IMG/VR virus record: IMGVR_UViG_3300043411_000921
Span: 62,001-126,000 of that record
Direction: 5' to 3' (one strand)
DNA length: 64,000 bases
Under the pieces are notes generated by a model, which saw only the letters and a list, made by a program, of their open reading frames with translations, was not told where the DNA came from and did not search any database. This document shows positions 50,661-58,904 of this stretch, piece by piece. Position numbers and translations under genes: made by a program. Numbering within the stretch: the first letter of the stretch is position 1; each line of letters starts with the position of its first letter.

Positions 50661-51788
50661 ATGAGACAACAGAAGATGTATGATTATCGGTGTTTTTCTT
50701 GTGGAAAAGAGTTTGCACACAGGAAACGAAACAAGATTTACTGCTCCCGAGATTGTTACTTTGCAGAGAAGGGAAAAACAAAGGAGTGGAGAGCACAAGA
50801 GAGAATTTGTTTGTTGTGCGGTGAGTCTTATTTGCCTTCGCACAAGGAGCAGATGTATTGCGGAATAAAGTGTTTTGCTGAGAAGAAGTTGAAAATTGAC
50901 CTAAGCAAATCTTTGCCAGTTGAGTGTTTCAAATGCGGCAAGGAATTTCTGAGAAGGCCGTCTGCATTTTCGGAAAAGAACTTTTGTTCTAGGGCATGTA
51001 TAAAACTAGATCCCGAGACGAGAAACTGCCCAGCGTGTAAGGAAGATTTTGTTGTTAATTGGCCTGGAAGTAAGAAGAGATTCTGTTCCAAATCTTGTTC
51101 TCGCAGCGGGGAGTTCCATCCAATGTATGGCAAACGTTTTTCCTTACCAGAAGGATATGAACCTTGGACGAAGGGAAAAACGGCAGAAACTGACGAGCGC
51201 ATCGCGGCATTGGGTAGGAAAATTTCGGAAAAAATCAAAATCCAATATGAAAACGGTCTAAGGTGTGTTGATGGCCCAAAAAACCCGAACTATGGAATCA
51301 CACGAGATCAACGAACACCCGAACAGTTGGAAAGATATTCAAAGGCCGCCGCAAAAAGAGTTCAGGAAGGAGTGCTTGATAAGGCACACCCGAGATTTTT
51401 GCGGGGCAAACATCGAAGTGAAAAGATAGGCCGGGAAATCTTTTTCAGGTCTTCTTTGGAGAAACGTGTAATGGTTTGTTTGGACGCGGATCCGACTGTC
51501 TTAACTTACGAGTACGAGCCCGTTCAGATAAAGTACGACAACGGCAAACGATACATCCCAGACTTTATCGTATCCTACTCGAATGGAAGAAAGGTTCTTT
51601 TGGAAGTCAAGGGAGGTCAGTATTTGGAAACCACAGCCACTCAACTCAAGGCACAAGCCGGACAAACTTACTGTCACTTACACAACTTGAGTTATGTGGT
51701 CATGGCAACCAAAGACATCATAGTCCTTGAAAACTCTCTTGGAATCAAGTTTTCTTACCACGATCTAAAGGAATCTCTGAAAAAATGA
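50661..51788 (+). mobile_element. Free-standing homing-endonuclease-like gene: Zn-ribbon repeats, NUMOD3-like segments, TnsA-type PD-(D/E)XK domain
   Basis: Repeated CxxCGKEF...YCSxxC units, HPMYGK and NPNYG, then FRSSLEK...YEYEP...YIPDF...LLEVKG; own TACTTA at 50644; start 50649 or 50661. Confidence 0.75.
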
Positions 51789-52129
51789 ATGTGAAAATAG
51801 GAGCGCGTAGCTACGCTGTTAGCTTTGTTAGTTTGGAAGACGAAGAAAACAAGATTTGTGGTTATACTGACTACCACAAAGGAGAAATCATCTTGAACGA
51901 TTCACTTGTTGATGATGCAAAAATGGAAGTGCTTTTGCATGAGATGCTTCATTGCCTGCTGGACAACGCAGGTATAAACGAGATCGCAGCACAACTCAAA
52001 AACAGCAAAGGCGACGAAGAACAAAATCTGGCTGAGTTAATTTGCAACGTTTTAGCTCCAAGGCTTCATGCTTTCCTGTTGGACAATGATGTCCAACAAT
52101 TGCTGAACTTTTGCAAGTCTGGTACTTAG
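51785..52129 (+). CDS. Small HExxH metallopeptidase-like protein
   Basis: CGYTDY...IILN...EVLLHEMLH; ATGA-coupled to the endonuclease. Confidence 0.65.
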   Translation: MNVKIGARSYAVSFVSLEDEENKICGYTDYHKGEIILNDSLVDDAKMEVLLHEMLHCLLDNAGINEIAAQLKNSKGDEEQNLAELICNVLAPRLHAFLLDNDVQQLLNFCKSGT

Positions 52130-52186
52130 GACTACTTTCCTTTTTTGACGGACAGCAAAGCAGTTTGAGAAAACGAGAAGGGCAGC

Positions 52187-54604
52187 ATGTCCATTCAAAA
52201 GTTCAGACCGGGTGATATTGAGTTCTTCACAGTTCAAACAACACCCGGAACATCTTTCATTTCCAGCAGCATCACTGGCACAACCGGATCGGCTTATGTC
52301 TACCCACGCCGTTCCTCCATTCTCAAAGATCAATTCGCAATCGTAACAACAGCAACAGGAGCTTTCACCAAAACTTCAAACGTTGGTGAAATACTCCAGT
52401 TTGCCAAACTTGCTCAAAACACAACTGAACTGACGGATAGAATCAAAACATATCTCGGCGTTGTTGGAGAGCTTCCAGAAAATCCAAGGAATCAAGCAAA
52501 GCAGGAAGTGGTGAGGTATACACCAGGAGTCAACCTGGATCTCAACATGACCAGGAAGTTCGTAACCACAAATGTTTTGATGCCTTACTGTGCTGCGTAT
52601 GGAACAAACTACAACTTCGGGTTCACCAACTATCATTCCCTGAACTTTTTGACAGCAAGTGGTCTTCCCACAGGATCGGCTTTTCTGTACCCTTCAAGCG
52701 GTTCAGCCACCCTGGGGTCAGGAGCCGTCGTCTCTGCCTCCTATATTCCTTCTGGTGCCTTTACCTTCGACTTCTATATCAACCCGAGATATTCCATCGA
52801 CCAAGAAAGCTCAGAGTTCAAAGCTGGAACCCTTCTTCACATGTCTGGAGCTTACGCTCTTTCACTTGTGACAGGCTCCAGTAGAGATCCAAATGGTTTG
52901 TCTGACGGTTACAGAATTATGCTGCAACTCAGCAGTTCTGCCACCAGACTTCCATCGACCATTGATCCAACAAGTCCTCCAGCACTTACTTTCCTCTCCG
53001 ATGATAACTCTCTTTCAAGAGGAGCATGGCAGCATGTTTCTATTCGCTGGGGAACAGAGTCTTACAACTTTGGCTCAGGCTCCTTCCTCGTCGATGGAAC
53101 AGAAAAAGGAACGTTCTATATTCCTTCTGCCTCAGTTGCCCCCAAAGAACAAACAGGAATCCTGAATCCTTGTGTCTTGACAGTTGGAAACTTCTTGGAG
53201 TGTGCTCAAACAGGACAAGCGGCGCTGTTTTTCTCTGACAGAGCACAAACACGTTATGGAATTCCTGTCAATGGTTCTCCGCTGACAACAGATCCATTGT
53301 TAGATGCTCCCAGCGTTTATTCTCTCAATCATCCTCTGAATGCAGAAGTGCATGAGTTGAAGATTTACAACCGTTACCTCTCTCAAGAAGAAATTCATTC
53401 AAGAAGTCTGACTGGCCCTTCCCTTCCAGACCCTTCTCTCCTGTTTTACCTTCCTCCATTCTTCTGTGAAGAATCTCCAACGAGGTCTGTTGATTCCATT
53501 GGAGGAGTTGGCGGTGTTCTTGTTCATCCTTTCCAGGCTGTTGATGGAACCACACGTCATCCTTTCAATGTTGATTTGTCTTTCGACACTGGTGGTCATT
53601 ACATCAACCTTGAAAACTTCTCCAGAGACTTTGCAACTGGGAACTATCCAAGGCTTATCAACCTTTCAGGTCAAGCACTCAATGGAAACACAGAACAGTT
53701 GACCTGCAATGGTTTTCTATATGCCTCTGGATCGAACAGAAAGGCGTCATTAAGCGTCTTGCCGAATGATAACGGGGTCTTTATGCCAAATTGGTTTGCG
53801 GCCCTAGAAAAGCTTTCTACGGGCTCCTACGTTACCGATAATGGCGACAAGGCACTCAACCATGTCTCCCTCAGAAATCTTTATTCCCTTGACAGCATCT
53901 ACGACCTCGTTCCACCATCTTCTGGTTCGGCAACCCTAAACACAGACACAACCTCCAGAAGTTCAATCATTGCCTCCATCTCTGGATTCGATGTGACAAG
54001 CTCTTTCGGAACCTTGAGTCCACAAAGAACCCCGACAATCCTTCAGAGAACTCAAGAAAACAGTTCTCTTCAAGTTGTGATGTTTGATGTCAGCAACCTG
54101 TTTTATGGCAACAGGATTTTGCCAGGAACATTTGTGCTGAGGGACACAAACCTCTCAAACAGTTATGGCAAGGTTGCAATCACGCTGAAAGATGATGGTT
54201 TCGGGAGTTTGTATCGTGCTGATTGCACTGGTTCTCAAGCTGCTTACAACCATGTTGGCAATGTGTTCTATGATAACGGAGTTGTTTTGATCAGCAATCC
54301 CAGCCTTTATTGGTTCGGGGAGAATGGGTTTGAATGTTCGTTCAAGGGAGAAAGAGGTGTGCATGTCATGAAAGCACGTCTCAGGGCAAATCCTTTGGAG
54401 CTTGTCTCTTCTTCTAATCCTGGTTGGTCTGCTTCGCTGCAAGCCACGGATAATGCCTCTCAGTTCGATCAACGATATGTTTATATCACCGATCTCTACC
54501 TCCACGATGACAACCTGAATGTGATCGCAAAAACCAAACTAGCTCAACCCGTTCTGAAAAGATCGGGTGAGAAGTTGGTGTTTGATGTTACGCTGGATTG
54601 GTGA
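52187..54604 (+). CDS. Baseplate/tail structural protein with LamG-like domain
   Basis: FTFDFYINP, WQHVSIRW, EVHELKIYNRYLS; C-terminal YITDLYLHDDNLNVIAKTKLAQP. Confidence 0.6.
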   Translation: MSIQKFRPGDIEFFTVQTTPGTSFISSSITGTTGSAYVYPRRSSILKDQFAIVTTATGAFTKTSNVGEILQFAKLAQNTTELTDRIKTYLGVVGELPENPRNQAKQEVVRYTPGVNLDLNMTRKFVTTNVLMPYCAAYGTNYNFGFTNYHSLNFLTASGLPTGSAFLYPSSGSATLGSGAVVSASYIPSGAFTFDFYINPRYSIDQESSEFKAGTLLHMSGAYALSLVTGSSRDPNGLSDGYRIMLQLSSSATRLPSTIDPTSPPALTFLSDDNSLSRGAWQHVSIRWGTESYNFGSGSFLVDGTEKGTFYIPSASVAPKEQTGILNPCVLTVGNFLECAQTGQAALFFSDRAQTRYGIPVNGSPLTTDPLLDAPSVYSLNHPLNAEVHELKIYNRYLSQEEIHSRSLTGPSLPDPSLLFYLPPFFCEESPTRSVDSIGGVGGVLVHPFQAVDGTTRHPFNVDLSFDTGGHYINLENFSRDFATGNYPRLINLSGQALNGNTEQLTCNGFLYASGSNRKASLSVLPNDNGVFMPNWFAALEKLSTGSYVTDNGDKALNHVSLRNLYSLDSIYDLVPPSSGSATLNTDTTSRSSIIASISGFDVTSSFGTLSPQRTPTILQRTQENSSLQVVMFDVSNLFYGNRILPGTFVLRDTNLSNSYGKVAITLKDDGFGSLYRADCTGSQAAYNHVGNVFYDNGVVLISNPSLYWFGENGFECSFKGERGVHVMKARLRANPLELVSSSNPGWSASLQATDNASQFDQRYVYITDLYLHDDNLNVIAKTKLAQPVLKRSGEKLVFDVTLDW

Positions 54605-54646
54605 ATTATAGTTTTCGGAGGAAGGCTTTGAGGAGGGAATGTGATG

Positions 54647-54670
54647 TTGCCAGCATAGATTTACTGGCAA
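54647..54670. terminator. Hairpin between convergent transcription units
   Basis: TTGCCAG / CTGGCAA inverted repeat; no clear U-tract. Confidence 0.3.
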
Positions 54671-54685
54671 ATAACTAGAAAAGAA

Positions 54686-55984
54686 TCAGTCGTGGAGGAT
54701 TTCTCTAGCGCCCTGCTCCATCCTCAACGCTTCCATTTCAGCGGCAGAAGATGTATCAACAGAGGCAATGGTATGATGCTCTTCATGGTTTGACTTCATG
54801 ATAAAGGCAGCATCCATCAAGTGCATCACATAAGGCAAAAGGTTCGGATCGTTCAAAACCTTTGACTGGAAATCAGACTTGTAGAACTTCACGTCTTGAA
54901 AGATTTCTCCTGTTTCGTGATCTGTTACCAGAAGGTTTTTCCAGGCTCCTGTTCCTGCGATTTCAACTTTCTTTCCATCCATGAGGACTGGATCGGAAAC
55001 CTTGTCACAGTATTGCCGAAGTTCATCGAAGAGTTGTTCAGATTCCATGATACCTCTTCCAAAGTGAATTTCGAAGGAGACTTCACGCCAAGGACGAGCG
55101 ACTTTGTTTTTGATGGTTTTGGCTGTGACTTCGATTCCGATGACAGCTTCTTTCCCATTGATGGTTTTTTTGAGTTGTTGTCCTCCAGTGAGTTTGATAC
55201 GGACGGAGGAGTGATATGGGATTGCCATACCCCCAGGGGTTGTGTGCGGGTCTCCGTATAAAACGCCTATTTTCTGGCGCTGCTGATTTACCAAGAGCAA
55301 GCAAACGTTTTTGTCACCAATCACATGAGTGATTTTTCTGAAGCCCTTAGAAAGCACCCTGGCGGCAAGACCAATGGTGTTTTGATCGTACTCACCATCA
55401 ATCTCAGCCTTGGGAGCACTCGCAGCAACAGAATCCCAAATCACAGTAACTGGAACGTCTGCTTTGAGGTTCCTTGCCTTCTCAATCGTGCTCTCAATAA
55501 CCTTGAAAATCTCTTCAATACAAGTCTCTTGAATGAACACGAAACGCTTGCGAACATCAACACCAACAGACTCAAGGTTTTCAACAGATGTAGCGTTCTC
55601 TGTGTCGATGTAGACAACAATCCCACCCATGCGCTGTGTTGCCTTTGCAACCTCATAAGTCAAGTGAGACTTGCCGATAGAGGTTGGACCTTGAATTTCG
55701 ATAATGCGACCTTCTGGGAGACCACCGTTCCTTCTGTTGGAAATGATGTAGTCAAGCTGTCTGGAACCCGTACTGATCCAGCGTTTCACGGTCGTTGGCG
55801 CTTCATCCGTTCCAAGGTTGAAGGCTTTTCTCATTCCAGCTTCTTTGTTGACTTGCTTGATAAGGTCAGCAGAGAAGTCATCATCTTGAATATTAGATGA
55901 TTGAGTTTGTGAAGAGGCAAAAATCGTTTGTGTTTGTTTGTTGGATGCTGCTTGTTGTGGTTGTTGTTTTTTTGGAGGAGCCAT
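54686..55984 (-). CDS. recA: RecA/UvsX recombinase
   Basis: ISTGSRQLD, GGLPEGRIIEIQGPTSIGKS, YIDTE, VIWDSVAA, NQQR, TPGGMA, KNKVARP. Confidence 0.95.
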   Translation of the reverse strand: MAPPKKQQPQQAASNKQTQTIFASSQTQSSNIQDDDFSADLIKQVNKEAGMRKAFNLGTDEAPTTVKRWISTGSRQLDYIISNRRNGGLPEGRIIEIQGPTSIGKSHLTYEVAKATQRMGGIVVYIDTENATSVENLESVGVDVRKRFVFIQETCIEEIFKVIESTIEKARNLKADVPVTVIWDSVAASAPKAEIDGEYDQNTIGLAARVLSKGFRKITHVIGDKNVCLLLVNQQRQKIGVLYGDPHTTPGGMAIPYHSSVRIKLTGGQQLKKTINGKEAVIGIEVTAKTIKNKVARPWREVSFEIHFGRGIMESEQLFDELRQYCDKVSDPVLMDGKKVEIAGTGAWKNLLVTDHETGEIFQDVKFYKSDFQSKVLNDPNLLPYVMHLMDAAFIMKSNHEEHHTIASVDTSSAAEMEALRMEQGAREILHD

Positions 55985-56055
55985 TGTATTTCGCTTTCCT
56001 ATTCTTCAAACTAACAGAACTGTTTTCTGGAATCAATGTGATTGCAGAAACGGAA

Positions 56056-56099
56056 AGAACCCTCCAGAGGGACAGGGTTGTCGTTCTCTGGAGGGTTCT
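56056..56099. terminator. Long hairpin between ssb and recA
   Basis: Perfect 14-bp arms AGAACCCTCCAGAG / CTCTGGAGGGTTCT with inner GACA/TGTC pairing. Confidence 0.55.
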
Positions 56100-56117
56100 C
56101 TTAGTTTTGGTTTTGTA

Positions 56118-56957
56118 TCAGGTCAAATCGCTGAAAGCATCATCAAGTTGATCTTCTGCTTCGGAAGTGCTTGCTGGATTTGCACCTCTTGTTGAGTTAT
56201 GGTCTGTTCCTTCTGCGGAAGGTTTGGCAGAACCACCAGAGAGACCGGCGACAAAGTTTTCCAGGATCTCTGTCAATTCTTCGTTGGTCTTGCATTGCCG
56301 ACCAAACATCTCTTCAAACTTCGGAGTTGCAGCGAGCCATTTGGCAGCCAGAGCCTTGTCTTTGGAAAGAGGACTTGGCTTTTTCCGAGGTTGAACGTTG
56401 ATGTTCTTCACTGGAGAACCATTCCAGAGCTTTGGCTTTCCACCTTCCATTGCTGGAGTGACAGTCAGAGTAAAATCATAACCGTCAGTGGTTGAGAGCA
56501 TGTCTTCATCAACGTTGTCCTTGTGGGTGAGAATGCCGTAAATGGCATCTCGAATTTCCTTGCTGAACTCCCAGACTTGTGGACCCTTGTCTTCCTCACC
56601 ACGAACGATGATTGCAGCGTAAAAACGATCCTTGCTGCGGAGATGCTTTGCGATTGCCCAGCCGTCTGGATGTTTCTTGGATTGACGAAGTTCTTCGTAT
56701 TGCTCCTTGATAAAGTCAGGCTTGCCCATGCAGAAGGGAGCAACGATTCGCTTCTCAACGAGAGGCTTGTCATAATAAGCGACCGTCATAAACGGCTCAC
56801 CCGTTGAAGACTCGATTGGGAGAAAACGAATATCGTGTTCGCCCATTGTAGCCTTCCAGTAAACAGTCTTGGTGAATCCTGCACCAGAGTTGGAGTTGGA
56901 ACCTTTTTCGCCTTTTGTGAGAGCCGCTTTGATTGCACTGAGATCGTATGTTGCCAT
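56118..56957 (-). CDS. Single-stranded DNA-binding protein, T4 gp32-like
   Basis: YWK...HDIRFLP, RFYAAIIVRGEEDKGPQVWEF, GYDFTLT, acidic tail EDQLDDAFSDL. Confidence 0.85.
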   Translation of the reverse strand: MATYDLSAIKAALTKGEKGSNSNSGAGFTKTVYWKATMGEHDIRFLPIESSTGEPFMTVAYYDKPLVEKRIVAPFCMGKPDFIKEQYEELRQSKKHPDGWAIAKHLRSKDRFYAAIIVRGEEDKGPQVWEFSKEIRDAIYGILTHKDNVDEDMLSTTDGYDFTLTVTPAMEGGKPKLWNGSPVKNINVQPRKKPSPLSKDKALAAKWLAATPKFEEMFGRQCKTNEELTEILENFVAGLSGGSAKPSAEGTDHNSTRGANPASTSEAEDQLDDAFSDLT

Positions 56958-57082
56958 GATGTGTTTCTCTTTATTCTTTCTTGGTTTTCTTGTGACCACT
57001 ATTGTCTTTGTTGGTTTGATGCTGGGACCGAGTGTGGTCTATCCTCATTACCAGCATTTTCGGGTTACTGATTTGATTGATG

Positions 57083-57718
57083 TTATTGAACCGGAATTGT
57101 TCCTTCTTTGTTTTTCCCTTGCATACAAGCGGCTTTTACTGCTTGTGAAAGCACAACTGAAAGCCAAGTTGCTCCTGGTGTTGGAAGATCCTCTTGAATG
57201 TTTTTTGCTCCGATTGAAGAGATGGCGTACCACTCGTCCATTTCGAGTTGAACTCCAGCATTGTTCAGCAGCATCAAACTCATTTGTGATACTGGCATGT
57301 GCTGGAATCTCTCTTGGATGTTGTAATAAACACCGAGTTTCTCTCTATGCCAATCAGACTCATTGTGGACGTAATAGTCCTTTGTCTGTGTTCCCATCTT
57401 TCCAATGTCGTGGAAGAGGGAGACAAGGATCAGACTAGGGATTGAAATTACCTCAGTCAACGAATAAGCCTGACGGAGTTTTGCTCCGTTTTGAAGAACA
57501 CGAAGAGAATGCTCAACCAAGCCGCCTGGATGGCAGCAGGTATATTCTCTCCGCGTCGAAGCTGGAGCAACCATGATCCTCTCAGCATTCTCATCAATCA
57601 CAGAGAGAAGGTTGCCGAGTTTTGGATTGCCAATTTTGGCTGCTTGAGTCTTGAAAAGCTCAAAGTTCTTGATGATGGTTTTTTCGAGGTCGTCTTGTTT
57701 GGTTTTGTTTGGTGTCAT
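57083..57718 (-). CDS. HD-domain phosphohydrolase/nuclease
   Basis: HPGGLVEHSLRV...LFHDIGK. Confidence 0.8.
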   Translation of the reverse strand: MTPNKTKQDDLEKTIIKNFELFKTQAAKIGNPKLGNLLSVIDENAERIMVAPASTRREYTCCHPGGLVEHSLRVLQNGAKLRQAYSLTEVISIPSLILVSLFHDIGKMGTQTKDYYVHNESDWHREKLGVYYNIQERFQHMPVSQMSLMLLNNAGVQLEMDEWYAISSIGAKNIQEDLPTPGATWLSVVLSQAVKAACMQGKNKEGTIPVQ

Positions 57719-58893
57719 TTATGGTTTGGGATGGTAAAGTTTTCGTCGATGGCCATAAAGAAACGAGTTTCTGGGAAGCCTTCAATCTCAACGCTTCCAA
57801 CTTTAGCCAAGGCAAAAAGACCATTCAATGAGTTTGGGTGACAGTCCAGGACCACCGCATCGTGGTTGAAAAACAATGGAAAAACTGTGTTGTGGAGCCT
57901 TCCTTGTTCTTCTAAGTATCTGATAACATTAGTAAATCCGAGAAAAGAGATGTCAGCAGCGGTGCTTTGGATGTAGTGGTTGACGAGAGTATGCCTAGTC
58001 TCCGTTGCAATCCTCCGACCATAGAAATTCGTAATAAACTTTCTATTGCTGGTTTCCCATTCGATCTTTAGTTTTTCTTGAAGAAGATCCAGCCCGAAAA
58101 ATTCTCTTGCGCTGGAGATGAGATCTTCAATTTCTGATTGAGAGAGGCCGAATGGGAGGAGTTGCTGATTGAGTGCATCTAGTCCGATCCCATAAAGCTG
58201 GGAGATGACTGCCTTCTTCACGACCTCTCTGGGAAGGTCTGAGTTGAAATCGCTGTATATGTCTGGATTGCATCCCTTGGATCCCTCTTCTGGTAATCCT
58301 CCACAAAGCAACTCTCGTGCCACCCTCGCAACCCTTGGTTCCAAGCACTTATAGTCCAGTGCCACAACCAAACCACCCTCATCCTTCCACCTGGACTCCA
58401 GCAAACCCCTATAAACCTTTGGGAGATGAAGCAAGGCAGGCCCAGCAACCGTGTGAAGCCTTCCAGTGACTGTGGTCACACGATCATATTCCACAACCCT
58501 TGCAAACCCATTCGAATCAGGCTTGAAAGTCCCAGTGTGCCCCGTCTTATCCAACCCAGAAAACCTTTCAAAAGCATCCAGGTTGATTTTGGCAGGACGC
58601 AGTTGATCAAAAACCCAAGAGGTCGGTTCCCAGACTTTTTGAAGGTAACTCGTGTCGAGGGATGCAACCTCCCGATGGTAGTCTTGGACATGCCCCGTAA
58701 TCGCTCTATACGCCTTATCTGGGCAGGCAAATTGCCAGGGCACCCTGGACCCTTGGAGAGATGGTGCAAGCCCCCTATAAGCCTTCTGGATGGCTTCTGG
58801 TGCAAGGGGGGGTTCGGGGATGAGAAAGAGTTTACTGATGAGAAATGGATCCATATACTGGCGAGGGGTAACACTCAGAAAATCAAGTGGCAA
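57715..58893 (-). CDS. polA: Family A DNA polymerase, polymerase domain only
   Basis: TVTGRL, motif A LDYKCLEPR, motif B REVVKKAVISQLYG, NHYIQSTAAD, motif C NHDAVVL. Confidence 0.85.
   Translation of the reverse strand: MPLDFLSVTPRQYMDPFLISKLFLIPEPPLAPEAIQKAYRGLAPSLQGSRVPWQFACPDKAYRAITGHVQDYHREVASLDTSYLQKVWEPTSWVFDQLRPAKINLDAFERFSGLDKTGHTGTFKPDSNGFARVVEYDRVTTVTGRLHTVAGPALLHLPKVYRGLLESRWKDEGGLVVALDYKCLEPRVARVARELLCGGLPEEGSKGCNPDIYSDFNSDLPREVVKKAVISQLYGIGLDALNQQLLPFGLSQSEIEDLISSAREFFGLDLLQEKLKIEWETSNRKFITNFYGRRIATETRHTLVNHYIQSTAADISFLGFTNVIRYLEEQGRLHNTVFPLFFNHDAVVLDCHPNSLNGLFALAKVGSVEIEGFPETRFFMAIDENFTIPNHK
58273..58304 (-). repeat. Dispersed repeat, copy 4 (in polA, different frame)
   Basis: Minus strand GTGGAGGATTACCAGAAGAGGGATCCAAGGGA; 28/29 match to copy 3; read as CGGLPEEGSKG. 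Confidence 0.9.
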
Positions 58894-58904
58894 GCGAAAA
58901 GATA

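Noticed and set aside
5279-58304. CRISPR array suggested by ~30-bp repeats and a Cas4-like gene
   Set aside because: Copies are 7-30 kb apart, on both strands and inside ORFs, with no repeat-spacer periodicity. No cas1/cas2 or effector genes seen; solo Cas4-like nucleases are common in phages.
54686-58893. Inteins or introns in recA and polA
   Set aside because: Motifs are contiguous, lengths are normal or short, and no intein C/S...HN or intron core signatures were seen.
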